64,000 bases of DNA from Polyangiaceae bacterium (GTDB lineage: Bacteria > Myxococcota_A > Polyangia > Polyangiales > Polyangiaceae), in contig CBDCTZ010000013.1 in the NCBI GenBank assembly GCA_965222375.1, forward strand, positions 704,001-768,000, written 5' to 3'. Below are positions 29,679 through 38,325 of this stretch, one piece after another; the stretch's first letter is position 1, and the number at the start of each line of letters is the position of its first letter. The notes under the pieces were generated by a model that worked only from the letters and a program-made list of their open reading frames with translations, was not told where the DNA came from and searched no databases. The translations under genes were made by a program, and so were the position numbers.

Positions 29679-31256
29679 TTGAGACACTGGGCGGCAATCG
29701 GGTGCATGGGTATGGTGCTTTCGCTAGCGAACGCTGCCGCCGCCTCGAGCGCCGTGGAGTTTCCAGACAACGGCGTGGCGCAGTTTTCCCGGGGCGGCGC
29801 TTGGCTCGCCACGGCCACGGATCCCATCGCCGGTTTCTACAACCCAGCGGCACTAGCGACCCAAACCAATAGCTTCGGCGTCGGCGTCAACATCGCGATC
29901 CAGAAGATCTGCTACACGCGCCACGGCCCGGGAGACACGGAGATCGGCCCGAGCGCGGGCTTCGAAGCCAACGGTCTCACCTACGAAGAAGTCTGCAATT
30001 CGAACTCGGGCCGCGCCAATGCCATCCCCAACCTGGCCGGGGTTTGGCGTCCTCATAGCCGCTTCGCCCTCGGTTTGACCATTACGCCGCCCGCCTCCTA
30101 CGGCACGACCAAATGGCCTGACCGAGCGTCGTCCTCGGGTCGAAGCGAACCCATCCCCGCCGCCCAGCGTTACCTGTCCCTCAAGGTCCAAGGCACCGTG
30201 CTCTACCCGACGCTATCCGCCGCCTATTCCATCACCGATCGCTTGCACGTGGGTGCAGGTTTCGTGGCGGGTCTGGCGTTCTTGGAGCTTGAGAGCATGT
30301 CTATCAGCAACGTGCAAGAGACCAACCAAGTCGACAACCACGAGCAAGACACGCGCAGCAAGATCACGGTCAAAGACATCTTCGTGCCCGGTGCCGTAGC
30401 GTCCGTGCTCTTCGAGGCGAATGACAACCTCGACTTTGCAGCTTGGGGGCGCATCAGCGACTCGATTCGGGCCAAGGGCGATCTGGAAGTCATTGCCCCC
30501 TACTTCACCGCAACCGGCTTGCCCCGCACCCAATGCGACTACCCCGGCCAAACCCAGGATGATCCTGGCGCCAAATGCGCAGACACGACGCAGAGCAAGA
30601 CCCAAGCGGGCGAAGATGCCGCCGAAGTGACCGTGGCCGTGCCCATGGAGCTTCGCATTGGCGCCCGCTTCCATGTGCCCCGCCCTGCCGCCACGGGCAT
30701 CGCTCTGGAAAAACAGCGCAAAGATGCGTTCCGAACCCGAGACCCGCTGCGCGACGACCTCTTCGATGTCGAGCTGGATCTGACTTACGCCAACAACAGT
30801 CAAGCAGACGTGATCGAAGTGCGTTTCCCCAGCGGCATCAACGTGCTCGGCCTACCCGGCACCGTGCCCGAAAACGCCGATCGCCCCACGGGCTACAAGA
30901 ACAGCTTCGGCGCACGGCTGGGCGGCCAGTACAACCTGCTGCGCAACCGCATGGGGATCCGCGCTGGCACTTGGGTCGAGACCAGCGCGGTCGACGACGA
31001 ATACTTAACCGTAACGGGAGTACCGGCTCTGCGAGCAGGCTTGGCCACAGGCTTGGTCTTCCGCGCCCACCGCGTGGATTTGGAGCTCGGCTACATGCAC
31101 GCCTTCAACGCCGGTTTGGACAACGGCGGCGACGGCAAGCTGCGAGCCATCGCCGGCTCGGGCTCGCAGGACAATCGCAGCTACCACGCCGTCAACGGCG
31201 GCAGCATCACTCAGAACGCTGACGTGTTTTCGGTCGGCGCAGTGACTCGGTTCTGA
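29679..31256 (+). CDS. Outer-membrane beta-barrel, FadL/OmpP1-like
   Basis: Signal peptide; SRGGAWLA..D...FYNPAAL hatch motif; terminal Phe. Confidence 0.75.
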   Translation: MRHWAAIGCMGMVLSLANAAAASSAVEFPDNGVAQFSRGGAWLATATDPIAGFYNPAALATQTNSFGVGVNIAIQKICYTRHGPGDTEIGPSAGFEANGLTYEEVCNSNSGRANAIPNLAGVWRPHSRFALGLTITPPASYGTTKWPDRASSSGRSEPIPAAQRYLSLKVQGTVLYPTLSAAYSITDRLHVGAGFVAGLAFLELESMSISNVQETNQVDNHEQDTRSKITVKDIFVPGAVASVLFEANDNLDFAAWGRISDSIRAKGDLEVIAPYFTATGLPRTQCDYPGQTQDDPGAKCADTTQSKTQAGEDAAEVTVAVPMELRIGARFHVPRPAATGIALEKQRKDAFRTRDPLRDDLFDVELDLTYANNSQADVIEVRFPSGINVLGLPGTVPENADRPTGYKNSFGARLGGQYNLLRNRMGIRAGTWVETSAVDDEYLTVTGVPALRAGLATGLVFRAHRVDLELGYMHAFNAGLDNGGDGKLRAIAGSGSQDNRSYHAVNGGSITQNADVFSVGAVTRF

Positions 31257-31264
31257 GGTTTGTT

Positions 31265-31326
31265 TTTGGGGTCAACGCCCTTCGTGACACCCGACGGGGG
31301 GCGGCGTTGGGCCGCTACTCTCGACT
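31265..31326 (+). repeat. Copy of a dispersed REP-like repeat (tttggggtc...hairpin...ggccgctactctcgact)
   Basis: Matches the reverse complements of 61152-61196 and 33590-33621, and directly matches 11903-11922. Confidence 0.7.
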
Positions 31327-31341
31327 TAGGCACGGCTTTGT

Positions 31342-31370
31342 CGACTTATATGCATATTGCATATAAGTCG
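31342..31370. promoter_or_regulatory. Perfect AT-rich 13-bp inverted repeat (operator-like or recombination-site-like)
   Basis: cgacttatatgca-tat-tgcatataagtcg. Confidence 0.55.
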
Positions 31371-31608
31371 CGGGCGTGAACTCGGGAAGCGCTGGCGACT
31401 CTCGAGTTCGCTGAAGCCCAGGGGCTATGCGCCACCCGTGTCTCCCGAGTTGCACGCTCGCTTCAACCACATCATCGGAAGCCTCGTCAGAATCGTGCAC
31501 CGCCCATAGCACTATGCTGGGAGAGCGCGCTCACGACGCGTCAGCCCTGCCGCAGCCACCGTCAGAAGCGGAAAGACAACCAGGGCCAGGCCCTCTGCCA
31601 GCACCAGG

Positions 31609-32316
31609 TTATTGCGCCAGGGCTTGGTCGATCTTGCTCAACACGGCGCTTTCGTTCATGCCGTGGGCTTTGTAAGTCACGACTCGGTTGGCATCAAGGA
31701 TGGCGCTGGGCGCGGTGTAGTTGGAGGTTTTGAGCTTGCTCCAGGCAGCGCCGGTGGGATCTTCGTACACGCGCACGTTGGAGATCCCAGCGAGCTCGTA
31801 GGCGTCCCGCCAGGTCGCACAGCTCGTGCCGTTGTCGTTGTACAAGATGTGCGCCACGGCAACGTCCTTGGACGCGACTTTTTGGGCCACGGAACTCGTG
31901 AAGCCCGCGGTGGCCTTGCAGGTGGGGCAGTGGCTGTGCGCGACGAAGATCCAGGTGGCCTTGGCGCCGCAGAGATCATCGATCGTGGCAGGCTGACCCG
32001 TATCGCAATCCACCACGCCCAGGTCGCCGATTGAATCCCCGACGTTGAAGCCCACATTCCCAGCGGGTGCGGAGCAGTGCTCGGGGCCCCAGTTGTTCGT
32101 CGACGTGCCACCGGCGCCTGCTGAGGAGCCCGCGGCGCCTGCTGAGCCCCCAATCGCGCCAAAGCCGCCCGTGCCGGTGGCGGCGAATCCGCCGCTGCCG
32201 GTTGCGGCCGTTCCCCCACTGCCCGCGCCGGCGCTGCCCGAAGGGCCACCGGACGAATTGCTGCTGCAGGCTGCCAGGAAAAACAGGCTGACCAAGGAGA
32301 CGATGGAACTTCGCAT
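31609..32316 (-). CDS. Gly-rich lipoprotein with a thioredoxin-like (CxxC) domain
   Basis: Lipobox FLAAC; HCPTC; P-x-A-hydrophobic-D motif. Confidence 0.75.
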   Translation of the reverse strand: MRSSIVSLVSLFFLAACSSNSSGGPSGSAGAGSGGTAATGSGGFAATGTGGFGAIGGSAGAAGSSAGAGGTSTNNWGPEHCSAPAGNVGFNVGDSIGDLGVVDCDTGQPATIDDLCGAKATWIFVAHSHCPTCKATAGFTSSVAQKVASKDVAVAHILYNDNGTSCATWRDAYELAGISNVRVYEDPTGAAWSKLKTSNYTAPSAILDANRVVTYKAHGMNESAVLSKIDQALAQ

Positions 32317-32491
32317 GCCGTGCGTACGCGCCCCACGGGCTGAGGTTTCAGCGAAAACGCTTTTTCTTCGGCTCCGCGGCCCGGCCGAGGGCAAATCCGG
32401 CGGTTCGCAGGCGTCCCGCACCCCGGGTTTCCGCATCGTGGCCTCAGCAAGCCCGTCGAGGCCTGGAGTCGTCGGCGTCGAGAGACCGCAG

Positions 32492-32927
32492 TCACAGGAG
32501 TTCGGGGTGGTTTGCTTTGACCCAAGCCAGCGCGCGGTCGCGCAGACTCGTAGCAAAAGCGATCATTTCTTTTGCCTCCTGATCGGATACGGCGCCAACT
32601 TGATCGTAGACGTTTGTGTGGCGCTTGCGGCGGCAACGGTCCAGGAAGGCTACTTGCTTGGGGTCGAGGCCCAGGGTGAACTCCAAGCATTCGATGGTTC
32701 TCATATGCTTGTTCTGTCGTTCGGCCTGAAACCCCGCGACAGCTAGGGCCATAGTCGCCAGCTGCAGCGCTGCGTTGTACGCGATCGCGAACCGCCACTC
32801 CGAGCTGAGACCGGCGGTTTGGCTCTGCGCGATGTCGCGATCGACGATCGCGCGCACCTTCGACTTCCTCGCGCGACGTCGAGTGCGGGCGAATCCAGCT
32901 ATTGTCGAGATAACGCTGCAAACTCAC
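32492..32927 (-). pseudogene. HEPN-like toxin partner gene, frameshifted near 32856
   Basis: N-terminus MSLQRYLDNSWIRPHSTSREEVEG (GTG 32927) continues in another frame as RAIVDRDIAQS...AYNAALQLA...RRKRHTNVYD. Confidence 0.7.
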
Positions 32928-33510
32928 GTTCGCCCCCGATCAAGAACAGTTTTTCACGCGCGGAAACCTTGGTCAAAAAATGGTTTCGCGGAGCGAGCTT
33001 GGCGGCTAACTCCGCGGGCGTGTACACCACTGCGTTCACCTCGCGGCGAGTTTCTTCCTCCGCGCCGCGTATTGCGTCGACGACTTCCGCAAACGTTACG
33101 TCTCCAACAACGAGCAGGTCGATGTCACTGTGTTCGTTCTCGGTGCCTCGAGCCAACGATCCAAAAATGAAGGCGACCTCGATGCGATCGGTCAGCGGCA
33201 CGAGTGCTTGCGCCAAGACCGCCGCAGCTCCCAGTGTCTTGCGCACGATCGTCCGCAACTCTTCGAAGATGGGGCATGCAGCGTCAGCTTGAAAGTAGAC
33301 GTGCTGGCCATCGCGGGTTCGTCGGATGATGTTCGCGCGAGAAAGCCGCTCGAGTTCTCGCTGGATGCTGCCGACGCCGAGTCCCGTCAGCGACACGATT
33401 TCCCGCAAGTAGAAGCGCCGATGCGGTTGACCGAAGAGCAGCCCCAGCACGCCCTGCCGCGCCTTGGGGAAAAGGGCGGCCGGTATCGCACTGGCGACGA
33501 ATGAACCCAT
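32899..33510 (-). CDS. HTH + minimal nucleotidyltransferase (MNT) antitoxin-like protein
   Basis: Winged-HTH YLREIVSLTGLGVGSIQRELERL; FGSLARG...SDIDLLVVG. Confidence 0.88.
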   Translation of the reverse strand: MGSFVASAIPAALFPKARQGVLGLLFGQPHRRFYLREIVSLTGLGVGSIQRELERLSRANIIRRTRDGQHVYFQADAACPIFEELRTIVRKTLGAAAVLAQALVPLTDRIEVAFIFGSLARGTENEHSDIDLLVVGDVTFAEVVDAIRGAEEETRREVNAVVYTPAELAAKLAPRNHFLTKVSAREKLFLIGGEREFAALSRQ

Positions 33511-33541
33511 TATGGGTACATTTGTACTCGAATTGAGTACA
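33505..33541. promoter_or_regulatory. Overlapping palindromes at the MNT gene start (putative autorepression operator)
   Basis: acccat-t-atgggt; gggtaca-tt-tgtactc; tgtactc-gaatt-gagtaca. Confidence 0.65.
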
Positions 33542-33589
33542 CCTAGCAACCTTCGCCAGTGCCGGGGCCTGGCCCCGCACTAGACTAGG

Positions 33590-33621
33590 GGCCCAACGCC
33601 GCCCCGGCGCCACGACCCCAA
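33590..33621 (-). repeat. Inverted copy of the REP-like repeat
   Basis: ggcccaacgccgcccc is the exact reverse complement of 31298-31313; gaccccaa matches 31266-31273. Confidence 0.7.
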
Positions 33622-33657
33622 CCAACCAACACCATCAAACGCCGGGCTGATTCGACT

Positions 33658-34686
33658 TCAGGGCTTCCAGTCCGGAGGCGGGCTGGGGACGGGGATGCAT
33701 TTCTGCTCGGTGGCCAAAGCGCTGTAGGCGCTTTCAGCGGGATAGGAATAGCCGAAGAGCATGCACATTTCGTTGTCGCCAATGCCTTCGACGATGGTCT
33801 TGTTGTGGGTGTTCTTCCAGGTGCAGCCAAAGCGCCAGCCGTTGCCTTGGGAAAGGTCGATGGCGGGCTCGTAGGAGTAGATGTCACTGGCTTCGTCGAA
33901 ACCGGTGTCTTCGAGGAAGATTTCGCCGTCCTTGTCGCCGCCCACGTAGCTGATGAAGAAGCGCTCGCCCAGGGCATGCATGTGCGGCATCGCGTCGACG
34001 ATCTTCATGGGCTCGCCGATCCAACACTCTGTTTCGACGGAATGCTCACTCTTCGGGGGAATTTCGAAGTCCTGAATCGCCCAGAAGAATGGCGCGATCT
34101 CCTGAGTCACGTCCTCCTCAGGCACGGTGAACCACTCGTACTTGGGGGCGACGGTGATGGGTTTTGCGGACGTGTTCAGGTAGTGCAGCCGGGCAACGAT
34201 CTCGTAGCCATCCTTGATGCGATAGGCCTGACCTGGACTGAAACGACGCCACTCGGTGCCGACCAGCTGCGTGGAAGAGCCGAAAAGGACGCTGCCCCCA
34301 CCAAGCACGTCCCCGGCTTCGCCGCCGAAGACTCCACCCTTGCCCTTTTCGCAGGGGCGGATCCCTTCACCGGTCTTCTTGCGAGTGGTCAGATTGCCGT
34401 GATGGAGGCCAGCGGTGGTGGTCAGGCTGGCTCCGCCCACGAAGCGACTCGGCCCGTTCAGCTCGAGGGGGAAAACCCAACACGGAGTCTTTTCGTCCCC
34501 GGGCTGCAGCGTGATTTCCGGGACCTGAATCGAAAAACCACCGATCGCGTTCGGCGGCGGTCCCTGCCCAGGCAGGGTGCCCGGCATGCCAGCGCCGCCG
34601 CCAGGCGTCGTCGGCTCGGACTCGGACCCACAACCCGACAGCAACGCCAGGCAGACAGCCGGTAGAAAAGGAATCAAGTAGCGCAT
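33658..34686 (-). CDS. Lipoprotein with a copper type II ascorbate-dependent monooxygenase (PHM/DBH)-like domain
   Basis: LLSGC lipobox; GLHH, RLHYLN, MPHMH, NEMC copper-ligand motifs. Confidence 0.8.
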   Translation of the reverse strand: MRYLIPFLPAVCLALLSGCGSESEPTTPGGGAGMPGTLPGQGPPPNAIGGFSIQVPEITLQPGDEKTPCWVFPLELNGPSRFVGGASLTTTAGLHHGNLTTRKKTGEGIRPCEKGKGGVFGGEAGDVLGGGSVLFGSSTQLVGTEWRRFSPGQAYRIKDGYEIVARLHYLNTSAKPITVAPKYEWFTVPEEDVTQEIAPFFWAIQDFEIPPKSEHSVETECWIGEPMKIVDAMPHMHALGERFFISYVGGDKDGEIFLEDTGFDEASDIYSYEPAIDLSQGNGWRFGCTWKNTHNKTIVEGIGDNEMCMLFGYSYPAESAYSALATEQKCIPVPSPPPDWKP

Positions 34687-34796
34687 GACTCAGCAGGCGA
34701 CGCCGCCTGCATCCAGTGTGACGCATTTCGGCGCTGCCGCGCAGTTCTATACGTTCTGCATTTACAGAATGCAAGTCGCGAAAAAAACCCGACCAC

Positions 34797-34838
34797 AAAA
34801 AGGGTCCAGGGCGACCCGGTCACCCGGATCGCCCTGGA
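34797..34838 (-). terminator. Intrinsic terminator on the minus strand
   Basis: Minus strand reads tccagggcgatccgg-GTGA-ccgggtcgccctgga (15 bp, one U-G pair), then ccc-ttttt and a further T7 run. Confidence 0.8.
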
Positions 34839-36600
34839 GGAAGTTTACGTTTTGCCGATGGTGGACGTCTGTCCCGACATTTCTGCCTCGCATGCATCAG
34901 CCTCCCTCGACACGCTTGCTGCGTTCCGAAGGCATCATCATCTCAATGTGGGCTCTCTATCCCCAGGACCCGCCAATTCGCGCTGGCTTGATCCGGGCAG
35001 GGAGCAGAGTCGTTAGCTCGTGCTCGCTTCGGCGAAGAGCGCCGACGATGCACCTCTGTTTCTACATCCGCCACATTTCTGCGACGGCGCGTGTGCTGAC
35101 CTCCCGCGTCGAATCGACTGGAAAAGCCTTTACCGCCATAACCGCTCAGCCTCTGACGTTTTATGTCGCCTCACAGACACCGCAGGCAGCGCTTCAGTCG
35201 CTGCTCACAGCTGGCTAATTCGTCGTAAACGCTTGCGCGCTCCGTCTCGAACTTCGCATTCACCTGCTTGGCCAGAGCTGCGCTGACACCGAACGGATTA
35301 AGATCAGTGCTGCTCACAACTCAAAACGCCTCGAACCGTACTAGACAGGAACCCCGCAGGTTACCCCGCGGATCGACACTTATCGTTCGTTGTTCACGAA
35401 TTAACAAGCATCGCGCACCCGTTCGCCTGACTCGCACCGCGACAGTTCTTTCAAAACTGCCTCGGCCACCATCGTGCTAGACCGCATGTTACGTGCGCCT
35501 TACGGCACTCGCTCACACGGCCAAAGATGCGTCCGGCCGGTTCGTGCAACCCACATGTCAAAGAAGAGCACCCGAATTCATATGTGAAAATCTTCCCGCG
35601 CAAGGCGAGAGATGAGCGCTTTCACTTCACGGCAAGAAGCGCCCGCTTCGGTCGGCAATGAATAGATTTGTTTTTACCTCTCCGAGTTCAACCAACCGCT
35701 TTTTAGGCGTGTTGAATCCGGCGACGTAGAGGGCCGACCTCTGACGCCTTCGTCACCGCCACTTCCGAACCCCGATCTCTCGAAAGCCCTTCCGTGACGA
35801 CCAAGACCGCCTCCACGACCCATCCGTGAAGATGAACCGCTTGCAGCAACCCAAGGCGCCTTCCACCGACGAGGAGACTTTCTAGGTCCCTTTGCGAGCT
35901 TAAGGTGAGAACTCACGTCCCCTGCCCGCTCACGACGCCATTTCGCTCGCCCCGATGTTTCCACCCGGGTTCGCTAGATTCTGCCACTCGCCCTAGCCGC
36001 AACCAGGGTTTGCGTCCGAATCCGACGCCGCTCGTCAACTTCTGCTTTCAAAACACATGATCGAGCACACCAACTCAGCTCGACTCCTCACACGGAACCA
36101 CGCTTTAACGCATCCCGCTGCCCCAAGCCCGAGGGCTTGTTGCCGTGAGCGACACGACACCGGAGTTACCCCCGGCTGGCCCGCGAAGGACCTGCCGCAT
36201 CGGCCGAGAACAGTGGAGCCAGCTGTGCGTACTGCGACGCAGAGGCCGACTCGTGCCGTTCTCGAACACCTCTTTGTCGCGAGTCATCTGCCGGTCCGGG
36301 GCTGAAGTTAATTCATCCGGCGGCCAGGATGCTCGCCAAGGCCCCTCCGCTTCACCGTCCGCGCGAACGGAACAGGCTGGCCGAGAGACCGAGGTGTCTG
36401 ACTACTCTAGGGGGCCAAGCCGAGGGCAAGCTCGGCAGGACCGGGACCGCCTATGAACCCCCACCCGCGCTCACGCGCTCAGTCGTTCGGTTTAGGTGGG
36501 GAGGTCAGTCCGCACGCCATTTTTCGCTCGGATGCTGGAGGGCGTTGAAGCGCCCAACTGCCCACTGGGCAGTTGGTCCCAACTGAAATCCGGCGGTGGT
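34797..36600 (-). ncRNA. Candidate large (~1.8 kb) structured non-coding RNA of unknown class
   Basis: No credible CDS; several minus-strand GNRA hairpins with G-U pairs; two segments with shared ordered motifs; terminator at the 3' end. The 5' end is approximate. Confidence 0.65.
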
Positions 36601-36779
36601 TCTACCGTGTCGGTGGAAAAGGCTTGCGACCTTTCCGAACCCGACCGGTGCTCCACGGCGCCCCTGGGTTGTCAACGAACCGTTCGCTTGTTGGCAGATG
36701 TGCCGCGAACTTCCGAAAACAGTTATGCCTCGAAGGGCCCATGCTGCGCAACACAAAACAACTTTCGTTTCGGAATTTG

Positions 36780-36799
36780 TTATCCACAGGCTATCCCCA
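36780..36799 (+). promoter_or_regulatory. Perfect DnaA box TTATCCACA plus an adjacent 2-mismatch box
   Basis: ttatccaca at 36780-36788 and ctatcccca at 36791-36799. Confidence 0.45.
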
Positions 36800-37049
36800 G
36801 GTTGATGATGAGCGCCTCGACGTGGGCGCGGAGCTATTGATTCAAGTGCTTGAAGTCATTGCTAATTGTAGCGAGTCGCAGAGTTCCGCCGAGCGCCATT
36901 AGCTGCACTGTTGCATTTGTTTATATCATTTGTTTATCGTGTCTTAAGTCAATAAGAAAGCGTGTTTGATGCTTCGTCTGAGCAGAAGCTTGGCGCCGGC
37001 TGACGGCATCGCGCTCAAGGATCTCCAAACAGCACCGTTCAGCTGATTC

Positions 37050-38324
37050 ATGGTGGCCCACGCTCCGAGCTATGCCCTCACACCCCAAACAGCAGTGACC
37101 GAACGACCCCGGAGTGAACGGACTACATCCGCCCACCCTGCGCCTCACAGCATCAGCTCCGTTTCCCGCACGGCCAAGCGTGGCTCGGTGCTTGTCGTGG
37201 ATGACGATGCCATGCTGCGCCGCAGTCTCGATCGCGCTCTGTCCGCGGAAGGCTACGAAGTCGTGACATGCCCAGACGGTCACTCCGCCATCGCGCGCCT
37301 GATTGAGCGGCCCGTGGATGTGATCGTGAGCGATATCGCGATGCCGGGAATGGACGGGATCCAGCTGCTCCGCGAAGTACGCACCCACGACCTTCACGTA
37401 CCGGTCGTCCTGATCACTGGCGAGCCTGCGGTGTCGACCGCAGTTCAAGCGCTCGAGTACGGAGCGTTCCACTACTTGACGAAACCGGTGGACCCCCACG
37501 AGCTGGACAAGGTCATCGAGCGTGGCGCACGCCTTCACCGAATGGCCCAAGTCAAAGAGCAAGCGGCCGAGTTGCTCGGAAACCGTGGGGGCAGAGCGGC
37601 GGATCGTGCGGGCCTGGAAGCCAGCTTCGAGGGCGCACTGGCCACGCTCTGGATCGCCTACCAGCCCATCGTTTGCGCGCGAAACCAGACCATCTTCGGC
37701 CACGAGGCGCTGCTCCGCAGCGATGAGCCCAGCCTACCTCACCCGGGTGCCGTCATCGACGCGGCCGAACGCCTGGGGGAACTGCAAAAACTCGGCCGCG
37801 CGATCCGAGATCGTGCAGCTGTGCCTGCGCAGGAGCGGCCCCATGCTGCGAGAACCCTATTCGTCAATTTGCACGTCCACGACCTGCTTGACCCGACACT
37901 GGTCAACCCAGACGCGCCCCTGTCGAAGATCGCTGACCGAGTCGTGCTGGAGATCACCGAGCGCTCGAGCCTCGACGAGGTCAAGGACGTGCGCAATCGC
38001 GTACTGGCACTCCGGGAGATGGGTTTCCGAATCGCCGTCGACGACCTGGGTGCAGGCTACGCAGGACTAACCAGCTTCGCTCAGTTGGAGCCGGAGGTCG
38101 TGAAACTCGACATGAGTCTAGTGCGCGACGTGCACCGCTCCTCCACGAAGCAGAAGGTCATTCGGTCGATGGCCAGGCTGTGCCAGGACATGGGAATGCT
38201 CGTGGTCGGTGAGGGCGTCGAGAACGCCGAGGAGCGCGATACGCTGATTGAGCTGGGCTGCGACCTGTTGCAAGGCTTCTACTTCGCGAAACCCGCACGA
38301 CCGTTTCCGAGCGTGAGGTTCTGA
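37050..38324 (+). CDS. Response regulator receiver-EAL c-di-GMP phosphodiesterase
   Basis: VLVVDDD, SDIAMP, YLTKP; HEALLR, LEITE, DDLGAGY, KLD, GEGVE, QGFYF. Confidence 0.92.
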   Translation: MVAHAPSYALTPQTAVTERPRSERTTSAHPAPHSISSVSRTAKRGSVLVVDDDAMLRRSLDRALSAEGYEVVTCPDGHSAIARLIERPVDVIVSDIAMPGMDGIQLLREVRTHDLHVPVVLITGEPAVSTAVQALEYGAFHYLTKPVDPHELDKVIERGARLHRMAQVKEQAAELLGNRGGRAADRAGLEASFEGALATLWIAYQPIVCARNQTIFGHEALLRSDEPSLPHPGAVIDAAERLGELQKLGRAIRDRAAVPAQERPHAARTLFVNLHVHDLLDPTLVNPDAPLSKIADRVVLEITERSSLDEVKDVRNRVLALREMGFRIAVDDLGAGYAGLTSFAQLEPEVVKLDMSLVRDVHRSSTKQKVIRSMARLCQDMGMLVVGEGVENAEERDTLIELGCDLLQGFYFAKPARPFPSVRF

Positions 38325-38325
38325 G

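Noticed and set aside
34797..36600. rRNA fragment, RNase P RNA, tmRNA or group I/II intron
   Set aside because: No universal rRNA motifs, no GAGGAAAGUCC/P4 pair, no tRNA-like ends, no group II domain V or group I P/Q/R/S elements, and no interrupted host gene, judged by eye.
34685..36902. Short ORFs in the ORF track across this interval
   Set aside because: Arg/Ser/Pro-rich, no motifs, no evident RBS, and scattered over both strands; treated as spurious.
36770..36965. Chromosomal replication origin
   Set aside because: Only one perfect DnaA box, and no dnaA, dnaN, gidA or parAB nearby; insufficient support.
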